This document shows, in pieces, positions 1 to 10,286 of a DNA stretch of 64,000 nt. The position numbers and the translations under genes were made by a program. The number at the start of each line of letters is the position of its first letter. Position 1 is the first letter of the stretch. Source of the stretch: Pseudomonadota bacterium (GTDB taxonomy: Bacteria > Pseudomonadota > Alphaproteobacteria > Rhodobacterales > Rhodobacteraceae); assembly GCA_038526735.1 (NCBI GenBank), contig JBCBGM010000010.1:494-64493 (forward strand), read 5' to 3'. The notes beneath the pieces were generated by a model. The model had not been told where the DNA came from. It saw only the letters and a list, made by a program, of their open reading frames with translations, and did no database searches.

Positions 1-347
1 CCCACGTAAAACCCCGGCATCGCGGTTTCGAGACCAAACACCGCTGACGGATCAACCAAGATCGCCCTCAGCTGCTCGCGATCATATTTCTCGCCGAGCA
101 TCCCCACCTTCGGCCCCAAATCCCCCATCAGCCCGGTTTTGGAGAGCTCCGGGTTTTCGTGGCAGGCGACGCAGGCGCCATCCATATAGAGGTTCACCCC
201 CCGCCACCCGCTGGGCAGGTTTTGCGTCAGCGGGGCAGAGACCCTCTGATCCACGATCACCACCTCCCCGGGCAAGATCTCCTGCGCGCTGACGGTTGCG
301 GCGGCAATCGACAGGACAAACGCAATCACGCTGGTTCCACCGCGCAT
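1..347 (-). CDS. SoxX-like periplasmic c-type cytochrome (runs off the window start)
   Basis: Manual translation from ATG 347 (RBS GAGGGGG): MRGGTSVIAFVLSIAAATVSAQEILPGEV...GACVACHENP...GDLGP...LRAILVDPSAVFGLETAMPGFYV; signal peptide, CxxCH heme motif, distal Met (MP). Confidence 0.75.
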   Translation of the reverse strand, partial: MRGGTSVIAFVLSIAAATVSAQEILPGEVVIVDQRVSAPLTQNLPSGWRGVNLYMDGACVACHENPELSKTGLMGDLGPKVGMLGEKYDREQLRAILVDPSAVFGLETAMPGFYV

Positions 348-483
348 AATGATCCCCCTCGGATATGCTGCGATGCAAAGGTACTCGCGCAAAACGCGAG
401 TCGCCGCTCTGACCGAGGTCAAATCCACTCTATAGTTGTAAAACGATGAATCTGCTGGCACTGCGCAGGCGAGGAGAGTTGCC

Positions 484-1176
484 ATGCCCGACCAAGACCG
501 CCGCCTTATCGTAGCCCTCGATGTCGGGAACGCGCTGGATGCGGAGGCCTTGGTCAACCGCATTGGCCCTTCCGTCGGCTTCTATAAGATCGGTCTGGGC
601 ATGCTCACCGGCGGCGGGCTGGCGCTTGCGATGGAATTGAAAGAGCGCGGTCTGGGTGTGTTTCTCGACATGAAGCTCTTTGACATCGGCAACACGGTCG
701 AGGCGGCTGTGCGGGGGCTCGCGCAGTTCGATCTCGATTATCTGACCGTCCACGGTGACCCGCATGTGGTCGCCGCCGCTTCGGAAGGAAAAGGTGCCTC
801 AAACCTCGAAATTCTCGCCGTCACCATCCTCACCTCCCTAGACCGCGCTGACCTTGATGCCGGGCTGATCAAAGCCGGAGACATCGAAGAGCTGGTCATC
901 GAGCGCGCCCGCCGCGCCTTTCTCGCCGGGGCTGACGGGGTGATCGCCAGCCCCAAAGAGATCGCCGCGATCCGTGCATTGCCCGAGGCCAAGGGCAAAA
1001 AGATCGTCACCCCCGGCGTACGCCCTGCTGGTGCAGCACTTGGCGACCAAAAGCGCGTCGCCACCCCTGCCCAGGCCATCGCGGATGGTGCAGACCACAT
1101 CGTCGTTGGCCGCCCGATTTATGCCGACGAAGACCCGGTGAGCGCCGCCCAAGCGATCCTCGCGGAGCTCTCCTGA
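484..1176 (+). CDS. pyrF: Orotidine-5'-phosphate decarboxylase
   Basis: LIVALD, FLDMKLFDIGNT (DxKxxDIxxT), VTPGVRP, DQKR, VVGRPI; RBS GAGGAG. Confidence 0.97.
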   Translation: MPDQDRRLIVALDVGNALDAEALVNRIGPSVGFYKIGLGMLTGGGLALAMELKERGLGVFLDMKLFDIGNTVEAAVRGLAQFDLDYLTVHGDPHVVAAASEGKGASNLEILAVTILTSLDRADLDAGLIKAGDIEELVIERARRAFLAGADGVIASPKEIAAIRALPEAKGKKIVTPGVRPAGAALGDQKRVATPAQAIADGADHIVVGRPIYADEDPVSAAQAILAELS

Positions 1177-1214
1177 GCATTGTTTGCGCGGCCTAGGGTG
1201 CGTATTTCTCCCAT

Positions 1215-2471
1215 ATGGCCGATGCCTTTTGCAGAGACTGTCTAAACCGCCAAAGCGTGCCGGGGCGTTGCACCGCCTGCGGCTCCCCGCGGCTTGTGGT
1301 TCATGACGAGATCAACCGCCTGAGCATTGCGCATATGGATTGCGACGCGTTCTACGCTGCCGTCGAAAAACGCGATGACCCCAGCCTGCAAGACAAACCC
1401 GTGATCATCGGCGGCGGACGGCGCGGCGTTGTCTCCACCTGCTGCTACATCGCCCGCATCCACGGCGTGCGTTCTGCGATGCCGATGTTCAAGGCGCTGG
1501 AGCTCTGCCCCGACGCCGAGGTTATTCGCCCTCGGATGGACGCCTATGTGGAGGCCTCCCGCGCGATCCGCGCCAAGATGGAGGAGCTCACCCCGCTCAT
1601 CGAGCCGCTCTCCCTCGATGAGGCCTTCCTCGACCTGACTGGAACCGAGCGCCTGCACGGCGCGCCACCGGCGATTCTGATGGCGCGTCTGCAACGCGAT
1701 ATCGAGCGGGAGGTTGGCGTTACCACCTCTGTTGGGTTGTCGCATAACAAGTTTCTGGCCAAGGTCGCCTCTGACCTCGAAAAACCGCGCGGGTTTTCGG
1801 TGATCGGCGTGGCAGATACCGATGCGTTCCTCGAAAGCCAGCCCATCAGCATCATTTGGGGCGTCGGCAAGACCACGCAAAAGCGCCTCGCCGCAGATGG
1901 TTTGCGCCGCATCTCTGACATTCGCCGCCATGAGGAGGCTGATCTTGTTGCGCGATATGGCGGAATGGGCAGCCATCTGTGGCGCCTCGCGCATGGCAAA
2001 GACAGCCGCCGTGTCTCTCGCGGGGGTGGTGCGAAGTCCGTCTCGAATGAGACGACGTTCTCCGATGACATTTCGGACCCCGATCTGTTGCAAGGGCATC
2101 TGTGGCGGATGTGCGAAAAGGTCTCTGACCGCCTGAAAGCGAAAGAGATTGCGGGGCGCACCGTGACCCTCAAGCTTAAAACCGCGTCGTTTTCCCTCCT
2201 CACGCGGCAGGTCCAGCTCACCCATCCAACCCAAATGGCCGACACGATCTACAAACGCACCGCAGAATTGCTGGCAGGAGAGCTCAAGCGCGGGCCGTTT
2301 CGACTGATCGGTGTGGGGCTTTCACAACTCAAAGTTGCCGACGCTATGACCGACTCTCCTGATCTGCTCGATCCGGCTGCGCCCAAACGAGCCGCAGCAG
2401 AGCGCGCGACCGACTCGATCCGTGCGAAGTTCGGAAATACCGCGATCACGAAAGGTAGAGGACTGCGCTGA
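1215..2471 (+). CDS. dinB: DNA polymerase IV (Y family) with N-terminal Zn-ribbon
   Basis: HMDCDAFYAAVE, SLDEAFLD, NKFLAKVASDLEKP; N-terminal CxxC...CxxC. Confidence 0.96.
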   Translation: MADAFCRDCLNRQSVPGRCTACGSPRLVVHDEINRLSIAHMDCDAFYAAVEKRDDPSLQDKPVIIGGGRRGVVSTCCYIARIHGVRSAMPMFKALELCPDAEVIRPRMDAYVEASRAIRAKMEELTPLIEPLSLDEAFLDLTGTERLHGAPPAILMARLQRDIEREVGVTTSVGLSHNKFLAKVASDLEKPRGFSVIGVADTDAFLESQPISIIWGVGKTTQKRLAADGLRRISDIRRHEEADLVARYGGMGSHLWRLAHGKDSRRVSRGGGAKSVSNETTFSDDISDPDLLQGHLWRMCEKVSDRLKAKEIAGRTVTLKLKTASFSLLTRQVQLTHPTQMADTIYKRTAELLAGELKRGPFRLIGVGLSQLKVADAMTDSPDLLDPAAPKRAAAERATDSIRAKFGNTAITKGRGLR

Positions 2472-2610
2472 TGTTGCTGCGACGCAACATATTTGACGCT
2501 GAATAGACGCCTCTTGAGATTAACTGCGATCTAAAATCTCTGAAAACTATTGATTTTCAAAGGCAACGCAGCTGCAGCACGGTTTTGCTGCCAGTTTACG
2601 TCAGGACTGC

Positions 2611-2638
2611 TTGCATTATGTGCGCCGCAGCATATAAT
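2611..2638 (+). promoter_or_regulatory. Sigma70-like promoter of the MmgR-type sRNA
   Basis: TTGCAT (2611-2616) - 16 nt - TATAAT (2633-2638). Confidence 0.7.
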
Positions 2639-2644
2639 CGGGTC

Positions 2645-2725
2645 TACAATGCGTTTGCATTGTCGCCCTCCATGGGCGTTTCCTCCCTAGACTTGGGCCG
2701 TGCCTCGTGCACGGCCTCTTTTTTT
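2645..2725 (+). ncRNA. mmgR: MmgR/suhB (alpha-r8)-family small RNA
   Basis: Decamer TTTCCTCCCT at 2679-2688; hairpins ACAATGC/GCATTGT and CGCCC/GGGCG; terminator GGCCGTGC/GCACGGCC plus T-run; convergent with an N-formylglutamate amidohydrolase gene, the synteny known for mmgR. Confidence 0.8.
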
Positions 2726-2732
2726 GGGGTGT

Positions 2733-3620
2733 CTATTCGGCCGCGACGCTAAAGCCTGCGCTTTTTGCAACGATCAGGCGTTCGACCACAGCATCGAGCC
2801 GCACTCGGAACGCCTCAAAGTCACCGCGCGGGCGAATTGCGGCCTCATCCATATAAAGCGAGCGATCAATCTCGATCTGCAGGCAATGCCAGCCCTTCTC
2901 GGGCCGACCATAGGCTTGGGTGATGTATCCGCCCGCAAAAGGCGCGTTGCACACCACGCGAAAGCCTTCCGCCTCAAACGCACTCAATGCTTGCGCCATG
3001 ATCCGAGGCGCGCAGGACGAGCCAAAGCGATCTCCTAGCACGATCTCGGGCAGCTTACCGCCTCGCGCCGTGTGCCCGCGCAGCGCATCGCGGGGCATGG
3101 AGTGGCAATCATAGAGCACCGCCTCCCCAAAGCGCGTGTGCGCCTCGGTCATCAGCGCCTCAAGCTCCGCGTGATAGGGGCGGTAGAACTGCGCGATCCG
3201 GTTTTCGGCGGCCTTTCGCGTGATCTTGCCGGGCCGGATCACCCGACCCTCCGCTACCACGCGTGGGATCACGCCCAAACCTGCCGCCAGCCGAGGGTTC
3301 AGCCCCGACCGCCGCTCCATCTCCACGACCGACGGATCAAGCTCTGTCTCTTCCCGGTTCAAATCGACATAAGCCCGCGGGATGCGTGACGAGATCAGCG
3401 TCGCCCCAAGCCCCGGAGCGGACGCAAACAACCGGTCCACAAACGCATCCTCTGACGAGCGCAGTGTGTGTGCATCAAGCTGGCTGTCGCGCAAAAACTG
3501 CGCTGGATACTCATCCCCCGAATGCGGTGAGCTAAACACGATATGCCCGGGCGTGCCGGTGGGTCGCGTCAGCTTAAAGGCGGATGATGTCACAGAGCTC
3601 TCCTGCTTGGTGAGCGACAA
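2733..3620 (-). CDS. N-formylglutamate amidohydrolase
   Basis: SSPHSG, SEDAFVD, RAYVDLNR, DCHSMP, LGDRFG, QIEIDRSLY. Confidence 0.93.
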   Translation of the reverse strand: MSLTKQESSVTSSAFKLTRPTGTPGHIVFSSPHSGDEYPAQFLRDSQLDAHTLRSSEDAFVDRLFASAPGLGATLISSRIPRAYVDLNREETELDPSVVEMERRSGLNPRLAAGLGVIPRVVAEGRVIRPGKITRKAAENRIAQFYRPYHAELEALMTEAHTRFGEAVLYDCHSMPRDALRGHTARGGKLPEIVLGDRFGSSCAPRIMAQALSAFEAEGFRVVCNAPFAGGYITQAYGRPEKGWHCLQIEIDRSLYMDEAAIRPRGDFEAFRVRLDAVVERLIVAKSAGFSVAAE

Positions 3621-3653
3621 GATAGGGCGCGATGTAGCCCAGGTCTATGTTGA

Positions 3654-6098
3654 TCACTGGCCGCTTCGGGGCTTTGTCCGCACAGTGGGTTGCGCTGTGG
3701 TTGGGTCTTCGGGCCACGGATGCTTTGGATAGCGCCCGCGCATATCCTTTCGCACATCAAGGTAAGACGACTGCCAAAACCCCGGCAGGTCAGAGGTCGT
3801 CTGCAACGGCCGACCCGCCGGAGAGAGCAGCGTGATCCGCAACGGCATCCGCGCCGGGCCAAGGGTGGGATGCGTGGTCAAGCCGAAAAGCTCTTGCAGG
3901 CGGATCTCAATCTCCGGCCCGTCCGCGCCATAAAACACCGGCACCTGCCGCCCGGTGGGCGCTTTGAACTGGGCGGGGGCGTGCTGGTCGAGAAACTGCT
4001 GCGCCGCCCAATCGAGGCGCGCCTGCAATGCAGGCAGAGGGTCAAACGCCCGAAGATCCTCAGCACTGCGGACTTTGCCCAAGTAGGGCACCAGCCAGTC
4101 ATCGAGCGTCTCAAATAACCCTGTGTCAGAGAAATCCGGCAACGCCTCCGCCTGCGGCTGCAAGAACATCACCCGCGCCTGCAACCGCCGCGCGGCCTTG
4201 CTCCAACCCAGCGCTGCGAGACCTAACTCGCGGACGCCCTCTGCCGCCGCCTTTGCAATCGCGTCATCCGGGGCATCGCGCCACAACTGATCAGACAAGA
4301 CCAACGCCCCTAGGCGCTCTTGCCGCCGCGCCTCAACCCGCCGGTTGCGCTTTGACCAGCGGCAGACCTCAGTTTCGGTGATCTCCGTAGTGAATAGAGC
4401 CCGCACCTCGCTCTCTGACAAAGGCGCAGCACGGCGAATTTTTGCCTCCGTCGCATCGCCATCCAGGTCAGCAATCGCCAAGAACGGCTGACCGGCCAAA
4501 GGGTCATCACTGGGCAAAAACGCGCCCTTCCCCCCCGCCATCAAATACCGCGGCTGCGCTCCGGGCCGACGCGCTGCAACGCGATCCGGATAAGCGCGCG
4601 CCAAAGCCTCCGCGACGTTCAATGCACCACTTGAGCCAAACTTGGCCAACCGCTTCGCCTCCGCCAACGCCTCACTCAGCGCAGCCTCATCGACCGCACC
4701 AGCATATTCCCTGCGAAACAGCTTCGGGTCGGCCAGCCCTCGCACACGCAGCACCAGATCGCTGCCCCCTGCCCCGCGCAACACATCCCGCCCCTGCACC
4801 AAAGCTGCGACCGGCGCAGAGCCGGGCGTCTGCAAGAGCATATGCGCCAGCCGCGGATGCGCCGGGATCGCCGCGATTTTTTGCCCATGCGCGGTGATCC
4901 GCCCCTGTGCATCCAGCGCCCCGAGCATCTTGAGCAGGTCCTGCGCCGCCGCAAACGCACCGGTCGGCGGAGGGGTCAGCAACGGCAACTCCACCGCCCC
5001 CCAACGTGCCATTTCCAATGCCAAAGGCGACAGGTCCGTCGTCGCAATCTCGGGCGAAGTGAAGGCGGGCAGTGCCCTCTCTTCCCCTTCCGTCCACATC
5101 CGAAAACAAACACCCGGCTCAACGCGCCCAGCCCGCCCGCGCCGCTGATCGGCGGCCGCGCGAGAGACAGGCCGCGTCACCAGCTTGGCCATGCCCGACC
5201 CCGGATCGAACTGAGACATCCGCGAAAGACCGGCATCAATCACAATCCGAATACCCTCAATCGTGAGCGAGGTTTCGGCAATCGAGGTCGCCAGCACCAC
5301 TTTCCGCCGCCCCGGCTTTGCCGGCGCAATCGCGGCCCGCTGCGCAGCAAACGGCAGGCCCGCGTAGAGCGGCTGCACATCCACATCGCCCGGCACTGAC
5401 AGCGCCCGCTCCACCGCGCGGATCTCCCCAACACCAGGCAAAAACACCAAGGCAGAGCCCGGCTCCTGTGCAAGCGCCTCCTCGACCTGCTGCGCGACAG
5501 AGGTCGCCAACCCGCGCTTGCGATCAACCGGACGCGGGGCGTGATGCGTCACCACCGGAAACGCCCGACCTTCAGACGTCACCACCGGCGCATCGCCCAT
5601 GAGTTCCGCCACACCCTCCGCATCGAGCGTGGCCGACATCACCACTAGCGCCAACTCGGGCCGGAGCGCGGCCTTGATCTCAAGACAGAGCGCCAGACCC
5701 AAATCAGCGTTCAAAGACCTCTCATGAAATTCGTCAAAAATCACCGCGCCGACGTCAGACAGCTCCGGGTCTGACTGGATCATCGCGGTCAGAATGCCCT
5801 CGGTCACCACCTCAATGCGGGTCGAAGCGGAGGTTTTTTGCGCCCCCCGCATCCGGTAGCCCACCGTTTGCCCCGCAGCTTCGCCAAGCTGTTCTGCCAT
5901 GCGCTCCGCCGCCGCGCGCGCAGCCAGGCGGCGCGGCTCTAGCATCAGGATACGCCCCTCAGTGACTGGCAACAGAGCGAGCGGAACACGCGTGGTCTTA
6001 CCTGCCCCCGGCGGGGCCTGCAACACCACCTGCCCCTGCACGCGCACGCACTCCACGACCTGTGGAAGCACCTCATCTATCGGCAAAGGGTCTGTCAT
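3654..6098 (-). CDS. hrpB: ATP-dependent RNA helicase HrpB
   Basis: APPGAGKTT, DEFHERS, MSAT, QRRGRAGR, C-terminal RGRYPKHPWPEDP; start placed at MTDPLP. Confidence 0.96.
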   Translation of the reverse strand: MTDPLPIDEVLPQVVECVRVQGQVVLQAPPGAGKTTRVPLALLPVTEGRILMLEPRRLAARAAAERMAEQLGEAAGQTVGYRMRGAQKTSASTRIEVVTEGILTAMIQSDPELSDVGAVIFDEFHERSLNADLGLALCLEIKAALRPELALVVMSATLDAEGVAELMGDAPVVTSEGRAFPVVTHHAPRPVDRKRGLATSVAQQVEEALAQEPGSALVFLPGVGEIRAVERALSVPGDVDVQPLYAGLPFAAQRAAIAPAKPGRRKVVLATSIAETSLTIEGIRIVIDAGLSRMSQFDPGSGMAKLVTRPVSRAAADQRRGRAGRVEPGVCFRMWTEGEERALPAFTSPEIATTDLSPLALEMARWGAVELPLLTPPPTGAFAAAQDLLKMLGALDAQGRITAHGQKIAAIPAHPRLAHMLLQTPGSAPVAALVQGRDVLRGAGGSDLVLRVRGLADPKLFRREYAGAVDEAALSEALAEAKRLAKFGSSGALNVAEALARAYPDRVAARRPGAQPRYLMAGGKGAFLPSDDPLAGQPFLAIADLDGDATEAKIRRAAPLSESEVRALFTTEITETEVCRWSKRNRRVEARRQERLGALVLSDQLWRDAPDDAIAKAAAEGVRELGLAALGWSKAARRLQARVMFLQPQAEALPDFSDTGLFETLDDWLVPYLGKVRSAEDLRAFDPLPALQARLDWAAQQFLDQHAPAQFKAPTGRQVPVFYGADGPEIEIRLQELFGLTTHPTLGPARMPLRITLLSPAGRPLQTTSDLPGFWQSSYLDVRKDMRGRYPKHPWPEDPTTAQPTVRTKPRSGQ

Positions 6099-6140
6099 CG
6101 CGGGCAGACGCTTGGCGCGCCAAAGCCCCCACTGCAAGCG

Positions 6141-6869
6141 CTATCCGTCGCGGCTCTTCATCACGAAAGAGCCAAAACGGGTGTCTCCGACGAGGCGATC
6201 TGCCTCCCACAGGCCATCTTCGCGGGCGCGCAGCTCGATGCGAAAGTCCATCGTTTCAGGCTCCATGATGCCCTCATCATTGGCCTCAAAGCGGGTGTAT
6301 TCGACGGGGCAAGTGATCACGCCGTCGCGCGGCTCCAGTGGCGCCTCGGGCAGAATGCTCGACCGCCGAGAGCCGCTAAACACCTCAAAGCCGCGCCCGC
6401 AGAGCTCCTCAGGCGAGGCAGGCCAAAGCATATGCGCAAACACGGTTAGCGGATCGACCGTGCCGCCCTGATCTTCAACTGCGGGCAGCGGCCCTTCCAA
6501 CCAATCCGGTTCGGGGCGGTAATCGACCAAGACCGGGCCTTGCCCGTCGTAGTTGATGTCGAGTTCCTGCTCATCGCCATCCCACCATGCCTTCACCGAA
6601 AAGAGATCCGGGCGGAGGGTGCCATCCGCCTCCACAACGCCCTCCACTTGCGCGGTGTAGAGCGCATCAACAAAGAACGAGGCGATCCCCGCATCCTCGA
6701 CCGAGACGGCCACTGCGTAAGCCTGATTGAACCGGGTCACCGCGATGTCACCTTCGGCGACTTTCACGCCCCCGGCATGGACTGAAAACGCGCGGGTAAG
6801 CGGGTTATCCTGCGCAACGGCGGGAACGCTCGCCGCGGCAATGACAGCACTGAAAATCGCGACACGCAT
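6141..6869 (-). CDS. Secreted DUF3108-like protein
   Basis: Signal peptide MRVAIFSAVIAAASVPAVA, beta-rich body, QGGTVDPLT; RBS AAGGAG. Confidence 0.65.
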   Translation of the reverse strand: MRVAIFSAVIAAASVPAVAQDNPLTRAFSVHAGGVKVAEGDIAVTRFNQAYAVAVSVEDAGIASFFVDALYTAQVEGVVEADGTLRPDLFSVKAWWDGDEQELDINYDGQGPVLVDYRPEPDWLEGPLPAVEDQGGTVDPLTVFAHMLWPASPEELCGRGFEVFSGSRRSSILPEAPLEPRDGVITCPVEYTRFEANDEGIMEPETMDFRIELRAREDGLWEADRLVGDTRFGSFVMKSRDG

Positions 6870-6972
6870 CCGCTGCGCTCCTTTTGCTTTCGCTGAGGTC
6901 AAGATATGAGGTGATTTGCGAAATCGGAAAGACCACGGCCATCACGGCTGTGTGTCTGCAAGGGGTTGTTGC

Positions 6973-7971
6973 ATGCAATCACCAACGGAAATGGCCGCAG
7001 CCGTCGGACGCGGAGAGCGCCGCGCCCTGTCCCGCGCCATCACGTTGGTCGAATCCACCCGCGACGACCACCGGGAAGAGGCCCGCGCTCTGCTGCGCGC
7101 CCTGCCCCAGCCAGAGCGCCCAGCGCTGCGCGTCGGGCTTTCGGGCACACCGGGCGTCGGGAAGTCCACTTTCATCGAGAGTTTCGGCCTTATGCTCCTG
7201 GAGCAAGGGCTGCGCGTCGCGGTACTGGCGGTGGACCCAAGCTCCGCCCGCTCCGGCGGCTCCATCCTGGGCGACAAAACCCGCATGGAGGAGCTGTCGC
7301 GCAAACCCGACGCTTTCATCCGCCCCTCGCCCTCCCGCTCGTCCTTGGGCGGTGTCGCAAGACGCACCCGCGAGGCGATCTTGCTCTGCGAGGCCGCAGG
7401 ATTTGACGTGGTGCTGGTCGAGACTGTGGGCGTTGGCCAGTCAGAGACCATGGTCGCCGACATGACCGACATTTTTCTCCTGCTGCTCGCCCCCGCCGGC
7501 GGCGATGAGTTGCAAGGCGTCAAGCGCGGCATCATGGAGATCGCCGACCTCATCCTCGTCAACAAGGCCGACGGAGAGCTCAAATCCACCGCCATGCGCA
7601 CTGTGGCAGACTATGCCGGTGCCCTACGCCTCTTGCGCAAACGCGACTACGACCCCGAGGAGTTCCCCAAAGCCGTGCCGGTGTCTGCGATCACCTCCGC
7701 TGGACTGTCAGAGGCGTGGGAGGACATCACCAAGCTGGCCGACTGGCGGCGCGCGCAAGGTGTGCTCGACAGACGCCGCTCTGAGCAGGCCCAGCACTGG
7801 CTCACCCATGAGATCGAAGAGGGGCTCAAAACCCGCTTCAAGGCCGCCCCCGGCATGGCCGCGATGCTAGGCGAGTTGCAATCCGCCGTCCGTCACGGAA
7901 CGCTCACCCCCGACGATGCCGCCGACCAGGCGCTCGCTGCGGTTTTCGCAAAGGCGGGCGGAGTTGCTTGA
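6973..7971 (+). CDS. meaB: Methylmalonyl-CoA mutase-associated GTPase MeaB
   Basis: [56 protein letters not shown]. Confidence 0.95.
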   Translation: MQSPTEMAAAVGRGERRALSRAITLVESTRDDHREEARALLRALPQPERPALRVGLSGTPGVGKSTFIESFGLMLLEQGLRVAVLAVDPSSARSGGSILGDKTRMEELSRKPDAFIRPSPSRSSLGGVARRTREAILLCEAAGFDVVLVETVGVGQSETMVADMTDIFLLLLAPAGGDELQGVKRGIMEIADLILVNKADGELKSTAMRTVADYAGALRLLRKRDYDPEEFPKAVPVSAITSAGLSEAWEDITKLADWRRAQGVLDRRRSEQAQHWLTHEIEEGLKTRFKAAPGMAAMLGELQSAVRHGTLTPDDAADQALAAVFAKAGGVA

Positions 7972-8055
7972 CGCCCAAGGCGGGCTTCTCTAAAGGGCAG
8001 CATCCGTTTGAACCTGCCGCGGCGACTCGCGGCCCAAAGCCTTTGTGAGGATGCG

Positions 8056-8340
8056 ATGTCCCGCCGCTGCGAACTTTCTGGTAAGGGTGTGCTGACCGGC
8101 AACAATGTCAGCCACGCCAACAACAAGACCCGCCGTCGGTTCTTGCCCAACCTCAATGACGTGACCCTGCTGAGCGATACGCTGGGCCGTTCGTTCTCGT
8201 TCAAGGTCGCAGCCTCCACGCTGCGCACCGTTGACCACCGCGGTGGTCTCGACGCCTACCTCGCAAAAGCGAAAGACAGCGATCTCTCCGAGAAGGCGCT
8301 CAAAGTGAAGCGCGACATCGAAAAAGCAGCCGCCGCCTGA
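8056..8340 (+). CDS. rpmB: 50S ribosomal protein L28
   Basis: [29 protein letters not shown]. Confidence 0.98.
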   Translation: MSRRCELSGKGVLTGNNVSHANNKTRRRFLPNLNDVTLLSDTLGRSFSFKVAASTLRTVDHRGGLDAYLAKAKDSDLSEKALKVKRDIEKAAAA

Positions 8341-8365
8341 TTAAACGCGAAACCGGTAGATGAAG

Positions 8366-8390
8366 AACGGCCTCTCGGGGCCGTTTTTTT
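8366..8390 (+). terminator. Intrinsic terminator after rpmB
   Basis: AACGGCC-TCTCGG-GGCCGTT followed by T-run. Confidence 0.85.
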
Positions 8391-8394
8391 GTGC

Positions 8395-9078
8395 CTAGAT
8401 TAGAGTTTTGACCCACGCTGGCACCGTCTCTGACGCCGGGCCCAGAATGCGCCGGTCAAAAAGCCGCGAACCGTCGGTGGGTGCGAGGTTAATCTCAAGC
8501 GTCTTCGCCCCGACCTGATCCGCCGTCTGTACAAACCCAGCGGCCGGATACACCTCCCCGCTGGTACCGATGGAGACGAAGAGATCAGCCTCCTCAAGCG
8601 CCGCGTAAATCCGGTCGAGGTGATAGGGCGTCTCCCCAAACCACACGACATCGGGGCGCAAAGCCCTTGCCCCACAAGCGTTGCAAACGCTGGTTGCATC
8701 AAGATCGCCGCGCCAGGGTTCGCGGTGGCCACACTCAGAGCACAACGCCGACATCAACTCCCCATGCATATGGATCGCAGACGTGGCCCCTGCACGCTCT
8801 AACAGGTCATCGACATTCTGCGTCACCAAGGTGAGGTCATCGCCCAAAGCCTTTTCAAGCTCCGCGAGCGCGTAATGCGCCGCATTTGGCTGCGCCTCGA
8901 CGGCATTTCGGCGGCGCGCATTGTAGAACGCAAAGACCTTGTCTGGGTCCGCGGCAAACCCTTCGGGCGTGGCAACCTCGCTGAGATCATACTTCGTCCA
9001 CAACCCATCTTTGTCGCGAAACGTACCAAGCCCCGACTCAGCCGAAAGCCCTGCCCCGCTTAGAACCACAAGTTTCAT
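8395..9078 (-). CDS. cobB: NAD-dependent protein deacylase (sirtuin)
   Basis: GAGLSAESG, TQNVD, HMHG, two CxxC, RPDVVWFGE, GTSGEVYPAA. Confidence 0.94.
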   Translation of the reverse strand: MKLVVLSGAGLSAESGLGTFRDKDGLWTKYDLSEVATPEGFAADPDKVFAFYNARRRNAVEAQPNAAHYALAELEKALGDDLTLVTQNVDDLLERAGATSAIHMHGELMSALCSECGHREPWRGDLDATSVCNACGARALRPDVVWFGETPYHLDRIYAALEEADLFVSIGTSGEVYPAAGFVQTADQVGAKTLEINLAPTDGSRLFDRRILGPASETVPAWVKTLI

Positions 9079-9226
9079 AGCGCTCCCTCCCTGCGACACG
9101 ACGAACCTAGATGCGTCGCGCACATCACGGTACCGAGCAAGACCTTTCCAAAATGTGGAATTGCAAATCAGGACCTAATAACTGTATGCTATGGCACACA
9201 ATAATAACAACCACTGCCGCCCGACC

Positions 9227-9694
9227 ATGACCACGCGCGTGCTTTTTATCTGCTTGGGGAATATCTGCCGCTCACCAACGGCCGAAGCCGTCGCGCGCCA
9301 GCGGCTGGAGGGGTTGCCCTTTGAGTTTGACAGTGCCGGTACCGGCAATTGGCACGCCGGAAACACTCCAGACCCGCGTAGCATCACCGCCGGAGAGGCG
9401 CGAGGATATGACTTTTCGGGCATCCGCGCGCGCCAGGTCCTCCCAGCAGATTTCCACCGGTTTGAGCATCTCGTCGCGATGGATCGCGACAATCTCGAGA
9501 CGTTGCACCGCATGCGCCCACTCAACAGCCGCGCGCAATTGCACCTGATGATGGATTTCACCGCGGGTGCCATCGGGCGCGATGTGCCCGACCCGTATTA
9601 CCGAAATGACGGGTTTGATGATGTGCTCGATATTATTGAGCACGCCGTTGAGGGGCTGGGCATCACCCTAGCCCCGCCACAACTCGCAGACTAA
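9227..9694 (+). CDS. Low-molecular-weight protein-tyrosine phosphatase
   Basis: CLGNICRS P-loop, DSAGT, DVPDPYY; an alternative start at 9191 is possible. Confidence 0.94.
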   Translation: MTTRVLFICLGNICRSPTAEAVARQRLEGLPFEFDSAGTGNWHAGNTPDPRSITAGEARGYDFSGIRARQVLPADFHRFEHLVAMDRDNLETLHRMRPLNSRAQLHLMMDFTAGAIGRDVPDPYYRNDGFDDVLDIIEHAVEGLGITLAPPQLAD

Positions 9695-9695
9695 G

Positions 9696-10079
9696 TCATT
9701 GAGTGATTGGCTGCGGGCCCACCGGCTCTTCGGTCTCGTCAGCGGCAGTCTCGACCAGATCATCCTCAGTCTCCGCCTCAGCGGCGAAACAGGTCGTGTC
9801 GAGCAAAGCTGAAAATGCTTTGTAGCGCTCCATAAACGCCGGCGCATCGCCTGCGAGGTCTTCCAGAGCGGCACGCGCGCCATCCGGGCCAGGAATGATC
9901 ATCGCCAAGTAATACTGATCTTCCTCAGACAGCGAGGTCGTCGCCACATCTGCAAAACAGGTGCAATCCGTCTCCGACAGATTGCCGGTCGCTTCGCAGG
10001 CAGATTTCAGTTCCTCCGAGAACGCCATTGTAGCACTCAGAGACAGAACGGCCGTTACAGCCAAAACACGTTTATGCAT
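9696..10079 (-). CDS. Hypothetical secreted protein with four Cys
   Basis: Signal peptide MHKRVLAVTAVLSLSATMAFS; C...CxC...C pattern, acidic tail. Confidence 0.65.
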   Translation of the reverse strand: MHKRVLAVTAVLSLSATMAFSEELKSACEATGNLSETDCTCFADVATTSLSEEDQYYLAMIIPGPDGARAALEDLAGDAPAFMERYKAFSALLDTTCFAAEAETEDDLVETAADETEEPVGPQPITQ

Positions 10080-10286
10080 CTCGTTGATCCCCCGATCCGA
10101 TGCCGCGGCCCTTCTGACCGCCCCCCAACGCGAGTTCCCTCGCCCATGCATCATTACGCAGAATCGCTTTTTTCGCAATGCACCGGCGCGTGAAGTTGTT
10201 TTGACCCGCCCCCTGCGCAAATCGGGCGCGCCCACACGCCGGGAGCGATGCTTGACCGGCTCTCAGAACCCGCTCATATGCCGGGC

